Shown piece by piece: positions 45,922-54,697 of a stretch of DNA of 64,000 nt (position 1 is its first letter; each line of letters begins with the position of its first letter). Both the position numbers and the translations under genes were made by a program. The stretch lies in the NCBI GenBank assembly GCA_964629975.1, contig CAZVUN010000001.1, forward strand, positions 10,846 through 74,845, given 5' to 3'. Source of the stretch: an uncultured Acidiferrobacteraceae bacterium (lineage in GTDB: Bacteria; Pseudomonadota; Gammaproteobacteria; Acidiferrobacterales; Sulfurifustaceae). The notes beneath the pieces were generated by a model. That model was not told the DNA's origin and did not search any database. It saw only the letters and a list, made by a program, of their open reading frames with translations.

Positions 45922-46218
45922 GGCTCTCCTCCAGGACGGGTTCTGGAGCCGGCCGTTGTTGGTTGCAGAAATAACCGGCCCCGGGGCGGATGGTAGCGAA
46001 CGGCCCCGCACGGGGCAAAATCAGGCCCCTTGCCTCCCGCATGACGAAACCGATGCAAGTGCCGTGTTGCCGCCCCTCGCTTGCCCTTGGCGAGCGTACG
46101 GGAATGGCCCGGGTCGTTCAGCCGGTCTGAACGAGTCGGCCAGATTTTTCCGCTTTTTTCCGCCGCATCCGGCCGCATAGGATAGCGCGTCGCCGGGAAA
46201 TCCCCCCACGGAGGCAAC

Positions 46219-46917
46219 ATGATCACGCTGCGCCGAGGCTCGGAACGCGGCCACGCCAACCACGGCTGGCTGGACAGCTACCATACATTCTCGTTTGCCG
46301 ATTACCACGACCCCGAGCACATGGGCGTGTCGGTGCTGCGCGTGATCAACGAGGACCGGGTCGCGCCCGGCGCGGGCTTTCCGACCCACGGCCACCGCGA
46401 CATGGAGATCGTGAGCTATGTGCTGGACGGTGCGCTCGAACACAAGGACTCGATGGGCAACGGCTCGGTCATCCGCCCGGGCGACGTGCAGCGCATGAGT
46501 GCCGGCACCGGCGTGCGCCACAGCGAATACAACGCCTCGGAGGAGGAGCCGGTGCATTTCCTGCAGATCTGGATCCTGCCCAAGACCCGCGGCATCTCGC
46601 CCGGCTACGAGCAGAAACACTTCGAACCGGCCGCGCTCGACGGGCGGCTGCGCGTGATCGCCTCGCCCGACGGGCGCGAGGGTTCGGTGACCATCCACCA
46701 GGACGCCTGGCTGTACGCCAGCCGGCTCGACAACGGCGCGGCCGTGCGCCACGCGCTCGCGCCCGGGCGGCGCGCCTACGTGCACGTGGCGCGCGGCGAG
46801 GTCGAGGTCAACGGCACGCGCCTTCGCGCGGGCGACGGCGCGCGCCTCGAGCAGGAAGCGGCGGTCGAGCTCAGCCGCGGGCGTGGCGCCGAGGTACTGG
46901 TGTTCGATCTGCCCTGA
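46219..46917 (+). CDS. pirin family protein (YhhW-like)
   Basis: [29 protein letters not shown] bicupin metal-site motif. Confidence 0.9.
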   Translation: MITLRRGSERGHANHGWLDSYHTFSFADYHDPEHMGVSVLRVINEDRVAPGAGFPTHGHRDMEIVSYVLDGALEHKDSMGNGSVIRPGDVQRMSAGTGVRHSEYNASEEEPVHFLQIWILPKTRGISPGYEQKHFEPAALDGRLRVIASPDGREGSVTIHQDAWLYASRLDNGAAVRHALAPGRRAYVHVARGEVEVNGTRLRAGDGARLEQEAAVELSRGRGAEVLVFDLP

Positions 46918-46956
46918 ATCTTTTCAACCCTACGCATCTTGCAAGCAGCACATGCA

Positions 46957-47549
46957 ATGACGAACGTTGCCGTGGTGTATCACAGCGGTTATGGCCATAC
47001 CGCACGGCTGGCACAGGCCGTGGCCGATGGCGCGAAGAGCGTCGCCGGTGTGACGAGCCAGCTCATCTCGGTGGCCGACACATCGACAGGCACTGGGACG
47101 ATCTCGCGCGCGCCGACGCCATCGTCTTCGGCGCGCCGACCTACATGGGCAGCGTGTCGGCGCCGTTCAAGGCCTTCATGGACGCAGCCTCCAAGGTCTG
47201 GTTCGAGCAGAAGTGGAAGAACAAGCTCGCCACCGGCTTCACCAACTCAGGCTCCGCGAGCGGCGACAAGTTGAACTCGCTCATCCAGCTCGCCGTGTTC
47301 GCCGCGCAGCAGGGCATGCTGTGGGTAAGCACCGGCATGATGCCCGGTGCCAACACCACCAAGAGCAAGCCGGATGCGGTCAACCGACTCGGCAGCTACC
47401 TCGGCGTGATGGCGCAATCCTTCGTCGATGCCGCCCCCGCCATCGCCCCGCCCCCGGCCGATCTCGAAACCGCACGCCTGCTCGGGGTGCGGGTGGCCGA
47501 GGTCGCGGCGCGCTGGGTGTGCGGCGAGCCGCAGGCGCGCGCGGCCTGA
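46957..47549 (+). pseudogene. flavodoxin-like NAD(P)H:quinone oxidoreductase gene (WrbA-related) with a frameshift
   Basis: MTNVAVVYHSGYGHTARLAQAVADGAKSV...LISVAD is in one frame. IDRHWDDLARADAIVFGAPTYMGSVSAPFKAFMDA... continues in the -1 frame. The junction is around 47077-47084 (GACACATC). Confidence 0.7.
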
Positions 47550-47555
47550 TCGGCG

Positions 47556-48125
47556 ATGACGGCGCCCGCGGCACACTACACGCGCACCGCGCTCGCCCTG
47601 CACTGGGTGAGCGCGGCCCTGATCGTGGTGGCCTTCGGCATCGGCGCCTACGCCGTGGAGCTCGCGCTCTCGCCGACCAAGCTCAAGCTGTACGCGTGGC
47701 ACAAGTGGATCGGCGTGACCGTGTTCCTGCTGGCGCTCGTGCGCCTCGCGTGGCGGCTCCGCCACCCGGCCCCGGCCCTGCCGCCCGCGATGGCGCGCTG
47801 GGAGCGGTTCGTGGCGCATGGCACGCACGCGGCCATCTACCTGCTGCTGCTGGCGCTGCCGGTGAGCGGCTGGCTGATGAGCTCGGCGGCCGGCTTCCCG
47901 GTGGTGTACTTCGGCGTGCTGCCGCTGCCGGACCTGGTGGCGAAGAACAAGGAGCTCGCCGACACGCTCAAGGGCGTGCACTATGTGCTCAACAAGACCC
48001 TGCTGGTGCTGGTGCTGGTGCATGTCGGCGCCGCACTCAAGCACCGCTTCATCGATCGCGATGACGTGCTGCAGCGCATGACCACCTGGCGCGCCGCGCG
48101 CGCCACGACGGAGACCCGCGGATGA
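47556..48125 (+). CDS. cybB: cytochrome b561 family protein
   Basis: ALHWVSA, WHKWIG and HxxxxY..LP..G patterns, with C-terminal ALKHRFIDRDDVLQRM. Confidence 0.85.
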   Translation: MTAPAAHYTRTALALHWVSAALIVVAFGIGAYAVELALSPTKLKLYAWHKWIGVTVFLLALVRLAWRLRHPAPALPPAMARWERFVAHGTHAAIYLLLLALPVSGWLMSSAAGFPVVYFGVLPLPDLVAKNKELADTLKGVHYVLNKTLLVLVLVHVGAALKHRFIDRDDVLQRMTTWRAARATTETRG

Positions 48126-48670
48126 AACCCACCACCCTACTTCTGGCCGCCGCGCTCGTTGCCACCCCGGTGCTGGCCGGCATCGATACCGCGCAAAGCC
48201 AGGTGAAGTTCGTGTTCAAGCAGATGAACGTGCCGGTCGAGGGTGCGTTCAAACGCTTCACCGCCAACGTGCGCTTCGACGCCAAGCAGCCGGACAGGAG
48301 TCGCGCCGAGATCGAGATCGACCTCGACAGCATCGATACCGGCAGCCCCGATGCCGATAACGAGGCCAGGCGCAAGGCCTGGTTCGACACCGCCAACCAT
48401 CCCAAGGCGCGCTTCAGCTCAAAAAGCGTGCGCCGCCTGGCCGCCGACCGCTACGAGGTCAGCGGGCCGATCACCATCAAGGGCCGCACGCACGAGGTCA
48501 CAGTGCCGGTGCGCGTGCAGCGCAGCGCCAGCGCCACCACCTACGAGGGCAGCTTCGCCCTCAAGCGCCTCGCATTCGCCATCGGCGAAGGCCCGTGGGC
48601 CGACACCGACACGGTCGCCGACGAGGTACAGGTCCAGTTCCGTATCGTGCAGCGCGGCGCCACGCCCTGA
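48122..48670 (+). CDS. yceI: YceI family periplasmic protein
   Basis: Signal peptide, SQVKFVFKQMNVPVEGAFKRF and ITIKGRTHEV. The start overlaps the cybB stop. Confidence 0.85.
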   Translation: MKPTTLLLAAALVATPVLAGIDTAQSQVKFVFKQMNVPVEGAFKRFTANVRFDAKQPDRSRAEIEIDLDSIDTGSPDADNEARRKAWFDTANHPKARFSSKSVRRLAADRYEVSGPITIKGRTHEVTVPVRVQRSASATTYEGSFALKRLAFAIGEGPWADTDTVADEVQVQFRIVQRGATP

Positions 48671-48716
48671 GTTGCACGTCCTCACTCAACCCCGATCAAC
48701 CATGCAAGGAGCCCAC

Positions 48717-49286
48717 ATGTCCGTTCGTACCAGTGTCTTCGCCCTCACCGCCCTCGTCGCCGGCACCGCGGTCGCCGCGCCCGAGACCTACATCGTCGAT
48801 CCGACCCACACCTTTCCAAGCTTCGAGGTGAGCCATCTCGGTTTCTCCACGCAGCGCGGGCGGTTCAACACCACGAGCGGCAAGATCGTGCTCGACCGCA
48901 CCGCCCAGACCGCGCGGGTCGACATCACCATCGATGCCAAGTCGATCAGCACCGGCCTCGCCAAGCTCGAGGAGCACCTGCGGGCCGAGGACTTCCTCGA
49001 CGTCGCCAAGCACCCGACCATTCGCTTCAAGTCCACACGCGCGCGCTTCGCCGATGGCAAGCTCGTCGGACTCGATGGCGACCTGACCATGCGCGGGGTG
49101 ACGCGGCCGGTGAGCCTGACCGTCACCTCGTTCTACTGCGGCGAGAATCCGTTTGCCAAGAAGCCGGCCTGTGGCGCGGACGCGGTCGGCTCGCTCAAGC
49201 GTTCCAACTATGGCATCAACTACGCGCTGCCGGCGGTGGGCGACGAGGTCAAGCTCCTGATCCAGGTCGAGGCGCACAAGCAGTAG
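48717..49286 (+). CDS. yceI: YceI family periplasmic protein (second copy)
   Basis: YIVDPTHTFPSFEVSHLGFSTQRGRF and LTMRGVTRPV. AAGGAG precedes ATG 48717. Confidence 0.85.
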   Translation: MSVRTSVFALTALVAGTAVAAPETYIVDPTHTFPSFEVSHLGFSTQRGRFNTTSGKIVLDRTAQTARVDITIDAKSISTGLAKLEEHLRAEDFLDVAKHPTIRFKSTRARFADGKLVGLDGDLTMRGVTRPVSLTVTSFYCGENPFAKKPACGADAVGSLKRSNYGINYALPAVGDEVKLLIQVEAHKQ

Positions 49287-49319
49287 GCACCGTGGCCCAA
49301 CCCCGCACCGCCGCACGGC

Positions 49320-49330
49320 GGGGGGGGGGG
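49320..49330. repeat. G11 homopolymer tract in the yceI-yqjG intergenic region
   Basis: Eleven consecutive G read directly, followed by CCCC, 29 nt upstream of ATG 49359. The CCCCGC (49301-49306) and GCGGGG (49319-49324) stem overlaps it. Confidence 0.9.
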
Positions 49331-49358
49331 CCCCGCGACGAAGACCGGACCCGCACGC

Positions 49359-50345
49359 ATGGCACGGCTGTTGAACGGCAAGCTGCAAGGCCACTGGCGC
49401 GATGTCACGCAGCGCGACGGCGAGTTCGTGCGCGCGGTGAGCCCGTTCCGCGACTGGGTAAGCGCCGACGGGGCCTGCGGTTTCAAGGCCGAACCCGGCC
49501 GCTACCATCTGTACGTGTCGCTCGCCTGCCCGTGGGCGCATCGCACGCTCATCCTGCGCGCGCTCAAGGGCCTGCAGGACGTGATCCCGGTCACGGTCGT
49601 CGACCCGGTGTCCGGCCCGCACGGCTGGCGCTTCGCGGACGGCCCGGGCAGCACGCCCGACCCGCTGTACGGCAGCGCCTACCTGCATGAGCTGTACACG
49701 CGGGCACAAAGCGACTTCACCGGGCTCGTGACCGTGCCGCTGCTGTGGGACAGGCAGCGCGCGACCATCGTCAACAACGAATCGCCCGAGATCATGCGCA
49801 TGCTGAACGCGGCGTTCGACGCGTTCACGCCAGTCAGGGACGACTACTACCCGGCGGCGCTGCGCGGCGAGATCGACGCGATCAACGCCTACGTCTACGA
49901 GCGCATCAACAACGGCGTGTACCGCTGCGGCTTCGCCACCAGCCAGGCGGCCTACGCGCGCGCCTTCGATGCCTTGTTCGGCGCGCTCGATGCGCTCGAG
50001 GAGCGGCTCGCGCATTCGCGCTATCTGGTCGGCAACACGCTCACCGAGGCCGACTGGCGCCTGTTTCCGACGCTGCTGCGCTTCGATGCGGTGTACGTAG
50101 GTCTTTTCAAGTGCAACCGCCAGCGCATCGCCGACTATCCCAGCCTGTCCGGCTACCTGCGCGACCTCTATCAGCATCCCGGCATCGCCGCGACCGTGGA
50201 CTTCACGCACATTAAGCGCCACTACTTCGAGAGCCTGCGCGACCTCAACCCGAGCGGCATCGTGCCGCGCGGCCCGGCGCTCGACCTCAACGCCGCGCAC
50301 GGACGCGAAGCACTCGGCCCCTGCCAGATCGCGCAACGCCCATGA
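49359..50345 (+). CDS. yqjG: glutathionyl-hydroquinone reductase (Xi-class GST, YqjG-like)
   Basis: GRYHLYVSLACPWAHR active-site context and a GST C-terminal domain. Confidence 0.85.
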   Translation: MARLLNGKLQGHWRDVTQRDGEFVRAVSPFRDWVSADGACGFKAEPGRYHLYVSLACPWAHRTLILRALKGLQDVIPVTVVDPVSGPHGWRFADGPGSTPDPLYGSAYLHELYTRAQSDFTGLVTVPLLWDRQRATIVNNESPEIMRMLNAAFDAFTPVRDDYYPAALRGEIDAINAYVYERINNGVYRCGFATSQAAYARAFDALFGALDALEERLAHSRYLVGNTLTEADWRLFPTLLRFDAVYVGLFKCNRQRIADYPSLSGYLRDLYQHPGIAATVDFTHIKRHYFESLRDLNPSGIVPRGPALDLNAAHGREALGPCQIAQRP

Positions 50346-51220
50346 CGACCTGCTACGCCAACGAGCGCCGTGTCGAGTCGCTCGTCGTCGCCGAGCACAC
50401 CCTCGAGGGCGGCGGCTTTCCCGTCAGGCGCCCGTTCCCGACGCGCGCGCTGGCGCAGGTCGATCCCTTCCTGCTGCTCGATCACCTGGGGCCGGTGACC
50501 TGGGGGCCGGGCGAGGGCATCGGCGCGCCCGACCATCCGCACCGCGGCTTCGAGACCGTGACCTACCTGTTGTCCGGCGGCTTCCAGCACAAGGACTCGG
50601 CCGGCCATGCCGGCAGGCTCGGCCCCGGTGACGTGCAGTGGATGACCGCCGGCCGCGGCGTGGTGCATTCCGAGCTCCCCTCGGATGAGTTCATGCGTGA
50701 CGGCGGCGTGATGCACGGCTTTCAGGTCTGGGTGAACCTGCCGGCGCGCGACAAGATGATCGCGCCGCACTACCAGGAAATCCCGGCGGCGCGCATCCCG
50801 ACGGCCACGAGCGCCGACGGCAAGGTCGCGGTGCGCGTGATCGCCGGCGCGGCGCTCGGCCGCTCGGCGGTGATCGAGACACGCACGCCCATCGTCTTCC
50901 TGCATTACACGCTCGCCGCGGGCGGCGCGACGGTGCAGGACCTGGCGCTCGACCACAACGCCCTGGTGTACGTGATCGCGGGCGAGGCGCGGGTCGGCGC
51001 CACGCGCCGCGCCACCCGCGCGGGCGAGCTCGCCGTGCTCGGTCCTGGCGCGAGCGTCGCGCTCGCCTCGGAGCGTGGCGCCGATCTGCTGCTGCTCGCC
51101 GGCGCGCCGCTCAACGAGCCGGTCGTGCGCCACGGGCCGTTCGTGATGAACACGCGCGAAGAGATCGAGCAGGCCTTGCGCGATTACCGGGCCGGACGGC
51201 TCGGCCGTATCGACTTCTGA
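50342..51220 (+). CDS. pirin family protein (second copy)
   Basis: HPHRGFETVTYLLSGGFQHKDSAG motif. The start overlaps the yqjG stop. Confidence 0.9.
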   Translation: MTTCYANERRVESLVVAEHTLEGGGFPVRRPFPTRALAQVDPFLLLDHLGPVTWGPGEGIGAPDHPHRGFETVTYLLSGGFQHKDSAGHAGRLGPGDVQWMTAGRGVVHSELPSDEFMRDGGVMHGFQVWVNLPARDKMIAPHYQEIPAARIPTATSADGKVAVRVIAGAALGRSAVIETRTPIVFLHYTLAAGGATVQDLALDHNALVYVIAGEARVGATRRATRAGELAVLGPGASVALASERGADLLLLAGAPLNEPVVRHGPFVMNTREEIEQALRDYRAGRLGRIDF

Positions 51221-51225
51221 ACGCC

Positions 51226-52020
51226 ATGCCGGGCGCACGCATGCCGGCGCTGTTTTTCGGGCACGGCAGCCCGATGAACACGCTCGCGCGCAATCGCTAC
51301 ACCGACGCCTGGCGGGCAATCGGCGCGGCGTTGCCGCGACCGAAGGCGGTGCTCGCAATCTCGGCCCACTGGGTCACGCGCGGCGTTGCCGTGACGGCGA
51401 TGGCCACGCCACGCACGATCCATGACTTCGGTGGCTTCCCGCGCGAACTGTTCGAGGTGCAATATCCGGCGCCCGGCGACCCGCAACTCGCCGAGCGTGT
51501 GCGCGCGCTGCTCGCGCCGGTCGCGGTGCAGCTCGATCAGGACTGGGGCCTCGATCATGGCACCTGGTCGGTGCTCGCGCATGTTTTTCCGGACGCCGAG
51601 GTACCGGTGGTACAACTGAGCCTCGACGCCACGCAAGCCCCACGCGGGCACTACCAGCTCGCGGCGCGGCTGGCGCCGTTGCGCGATGCGGGCGTGCTGA
51701 TTCTTGGTAGCGGCAACGTGGTGCACAACCTCGGCAGCATGCGCTGGAGCGAGGACACGCCGCCCTACGGCTGGGCCACGCGCTTCAACGACCGGGTCCG
51801 TACCGCGCTCGCGGACGGCGACCACGACACGCTCATCGACTACGACGCGCTCGGCGACGACGCGCGCCTGAGCGCGCCCACACCCGAGCACTACCTGCCG
51901 CTGCTGTACGTCGTGGCGCAGCAACAGGCGGGCGAGGCGCTCACCCTGCCCGTCGATGGCATCGAGTACGGCTCGATCGGCATGCTGGCGGTGGCGGTCG
52001 GCGAAGCGCACGATCGGTAG
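51226..52020 (+). CDS. ygiD: class III extradiol dioxygenase (4,5-DOPA dioxygenase, YgiD-like)
   Basis: MPALFFGHGSPMN, ISAHW, DWGLDHGTWSVL. Alternative start ATG 51241. Confidence 0.85.
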   Translation: MPGARMPALFFGHGSPMNTLARNRYTDAWRAIGAALPRPKAVLAISAHWVTRGVAVTAMATPRTIHDFGGFPRELFEVQYPAPGDPQLAERVRALLAPVAVQLDQDWGLDHGTWSVLAHVFPDAEVPVVQLSLDATQAPRGHYQLAARLAPLRDAGVLILGSGNVVHNLGSMRWSEDTPPYGWATRFNDRVRTALADGDHDTLIDYDALGDDARLSAPTPEHYLPLLYVVAQQQAGEALTLPVDGIEYGSIGMLAVAVGEAHDR

Positions 52021-52101
52021 CGGCATTGCGCGGGCGGCCGGATTGCCACGCGGCGCGGCTGCGCTACCATGCCGGGGTCTCGGTAGCGGAACCCGCCCAC
52101 C

Positions 52102-53034
52102 ATGCATCCACGACTGTCCCGCACAACCGTTGGCCTCGGCCTGATCGGCGCGCTCGCCACGCTCAGCACGCCCGCCACCGCCCTCGAAACGCAGCGCATC
52201 ACCGACAAGGTCTATGCGCTCGTCGGCGAGCTCGGCCAGCGCTCGTCCACCAATTTCGGCAACAATGCCACCTTCGGCGTGATCATCACGTCCGCCGGCG
52301 TGGTGCTGCTCGACCCGGGCGGCAGCTTTGAGGGCGCGCGCCAGGTCGAACAGGCCATCCGGCGCATCACCGATAAGCCGGTGGTGCTGGTCATAAACAC
52401 CGGCGGGCAGGATCATCGCTGGCTCGGCAACGGCTACTTCAAGGCCAAGGGCGCGCGCCTGCTCGCGAGCCGCGCCGCGGTCGCCGACCAGCGTGCCCGG
52501 GCGAGCGATCAGTACAACATGCTGGCACAGCTGATCGGCGAGAAGGCGCTAGCCGGCACCGAGGCGGTGCATGCCGAGGAAACCTTCGAGACGCGCCATA
52601 CGCTCACACTGGGCGATGCGCGCCTTGAGCTGTACCAGCCCGGCGCGGCGCACACGCCCGGCGACACGATCGTCTGGCTGCCCGCCGAGCGCATCGCCTT
52701 CGCCGGTGACATCGTCTACGTCGAGCGCCTGCTGGGCGTGGGCGCGATGTCGAACAGCCGCTCGTGGCTGAAGGCGTTCGAGGCGCTGCGCGCGCTCAAT
52801 CCGCGCATCGTGGTGCCGGGGCACGGCCACGCCGTGCCGCTCGCGACCGCCACGGCCGACACCTATGACTACCTGGTGTTCCTGCGCCAGGCGGTGCGTG
52901 CCCACCTCGAGGCCGGCCGCGGCATCGAGGATATTGGCCGCATCGATCAGTCGCGCTTCGCGCGCCTGCAGGCCTACGCCGAGCTCAAGGACCGCAACGC
53001 CCAGCAGCTGTTCCAGGAGATGGAGTGGGAGTGA
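52102..53034 (+). CDS. secreted MBL-fold protein with a degenerate first metal motif
   Basis: Signal peptide. AHTPGD and PGHGH are present, but the HxHxDH position reads TGGQDH. Confidence 0.7.
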   Translation: MHPRLSRTTVGLGLIGALATLSTPATALETQRITDKVYALVGELGQRSSTNFGNNATFGVIITSAGVVLLDPGGSFEGARQVEQAIRRITDKPVVLVINTGGQDHRWLGNGYFKAKGARLLASRAAVADQRARASDQYNMLAQLIGEKALAGTEAVHAEETFETRHTLTLGDARLELYQPGAAHTPGDTIVWLPAERIAFAGDIVYVERLLGVGAMSNSRSWLKAFEALRALNPRIVVPGHGHAVPLATATADTYDYLVFLRQAVRAHLEAGRGIEDIGRIDQSRFARLQAYAELKDRNAQQLFQEMEWE

Positions 53035-53051
53035 GGCGCGCGCACGCACCG

Positions 53052-54593
53052 ATGAGCCAGCGCCTCGATCGTCGCACGTTCTTGCGCACGCTCGGTGCCG
53101 CGGCACTTGCCCCGGCGCTCGGGAGCGCGGGCTGTGCAACGACCGCGCGCTTCACGTCCGATCCCTTCACGCTCGGCGTCGCCTCCGGCGCACCGCTGCC
53201 CGATGGCGTCGTGCTGTGGACGCGGCTCGCCCCCGACCCGCTCGCCGGCGGCGGACTCGAGCCACTGCCGGTGGCGGTGCGCTGGGAGGTCGCGGAGGAT
53301 GAGGCGTTTCGTCACAGCGTGCGCCGCGGCAGCGCCATCGCCGATCCAGCCTTTGCGCACAGCGTGCACGTCGAGGTCGAGGGACTTGCGCCGGACCGCT
53401 GGTATTTCTATCGCTTCAGCACCGGCGAGTTCGTGAGCCCGATCGGGCGTACCCGTACCGCGCCGCTGCCGCAGGCCGCGCGGTCGTGGCGCTTCGCCTT
53501 CGCCTCGTGCCAGCAGTACGAACAGGGCTACTACGCCGCGCACCGCCACATGGCCGAGGAGGACCTGGATCTCGTCGTGTTCCTCGGCGACTACATCTAC
53601 GAATCGTCCTGGGGCAGGCAGCATGTACGCAAGCACGAAGGCCCGGAGCCGCGCACGCTCGCGCAATACCGCAACCGCTACGCGCGCTACAAGACCGATC
53701 CCGATCTGCAGCGCTGCCACGCGCGCTTCCCGTGGATCGTCACCTGGGACGATCACGAGGTGCAGAACGACTACGCCAACGACCGCTCCCAGGATCTCGA
53801 CCCCGATTTCCTCGTGCGCCGCGCCGCCGCCTACCAGGCGTACTACGAGCACATGCCGCTGCGCCGCGCGAGCCGCCCGCACGGGCCGGCCATGCGCCTG
53901 TACGGGCACTACGACTTCGGCCGGCTGGCGCGCTTCTACCTGCTCGACGGCCGCCAATACCGCACGCCGCAGCCCTGCCCCAAGCCGGGGCGCGGCGGCG
54001 GCAACCTCGTCAACGGCTGCCCCGAACGGCTCGCCCCGGAGCGCACCTTCCTCGGCTTCGAACAGGAGCGCTGGCTCGCCGCGCGCCTGGCGGACTCCGC
54101 GGCGCGCTGGAACGTGCTCGCGCAGCCCACGCTCATGTGCCCGATCAACCGCGGCACGCACGAGGAACCCCGCTTCTGGAGCGATGGCTGGGACGGTTAC
54201 CCGGCGGCGCGCGCACGGCTGCTGGCCACGCTCGCCGAGCGCCAAACCGCCAACCCCCTCGTGATCGGCGGCGACGTGCACGCCTATTGGGTGTGCGACC
54301 TCGCCACCGATTTCGACGATGCGCGCGCGTCGCTCGTGGCCACCGAGATCTGCGGCACCTCGATCAGCTCGCAGGGCTGGCCGCAGGAGCGCACCGAGGC
54401 CTGGCGCACACGCAACCCGCGCGTGCGCTACGCGCGCAGCGACCGGCGCGGCTACGTGACGGTCGAGCTCGGTGAACACGCCGCGCACGTGCGATTGCGC
54501 GCCATCGACAGCGAGAAGCGCCCCGAGGCGGGCATCGAGACGCTCGCGAGCTTCGTGGTGGTGGACGGGCAGCCCGGGGCGCAACGCGCGTAA
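53052..54593 (+). CDS. phoD: Tat-exported alkaline phosphatase PhoD
   Basis: Twin-arginine signal (DRRTFLRTLG), GVASGAPLPDGVVLWTR, and WDDHEVQNDY. Confidence 0.9.
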   Translation: MSQRLDRRTFLRTLGAAALAPALGSAGCATTARFTSDPFTLGVASGAPLPDGVVLWTRLAPDPLAGGGLEPLPVAVRWEVAEDEAFRHSVRRGSAIADPAFAHSVHVEVEGLAPDRWYFYRFSTGEFVSPIGRTRTAPLPQAARSWRFAFASCQQYEQGYYAAHRHMAEEDLDLVVFLGDYIYESSWGRQHVRKHEGPEPRTLAQYRNRYARYKTDPDLQRCHARFPWIVTWDDHEVQNDYANDRSQDLDPDFLVRRAAAYQAYYEHMPLRRASRPHGPAMRLYGHYDFGRLARFYLLDGRQYRTPQPCPKPGRGGGNLVNGCPERLAPERTFLGFEQERWLAARLADSAARWNVLAQPTLMCPINRGTHEEPRFWSDGWDGYPAARARLLATLAERQTANPLVIGGDVHAYWVCDLATDFDDARASLVATEICGTSISSQGWPQERTEAWRTRNPRVRYARSDRRGYVTVELGEHAAHVRLRAIDSEKRPEAGIETLASFVVVDGQPGAQRA

Positions 54594-54697
54594 GGCGGCC
54601 GTGCCCGGCAGGCGCTGCGCGCATGAGCGCACCAGCGGCAAGCCCCAGTACATGACGGACGGCGCGCCGCGCAAGACCGGCGCGCGGCAGGCGCCGC

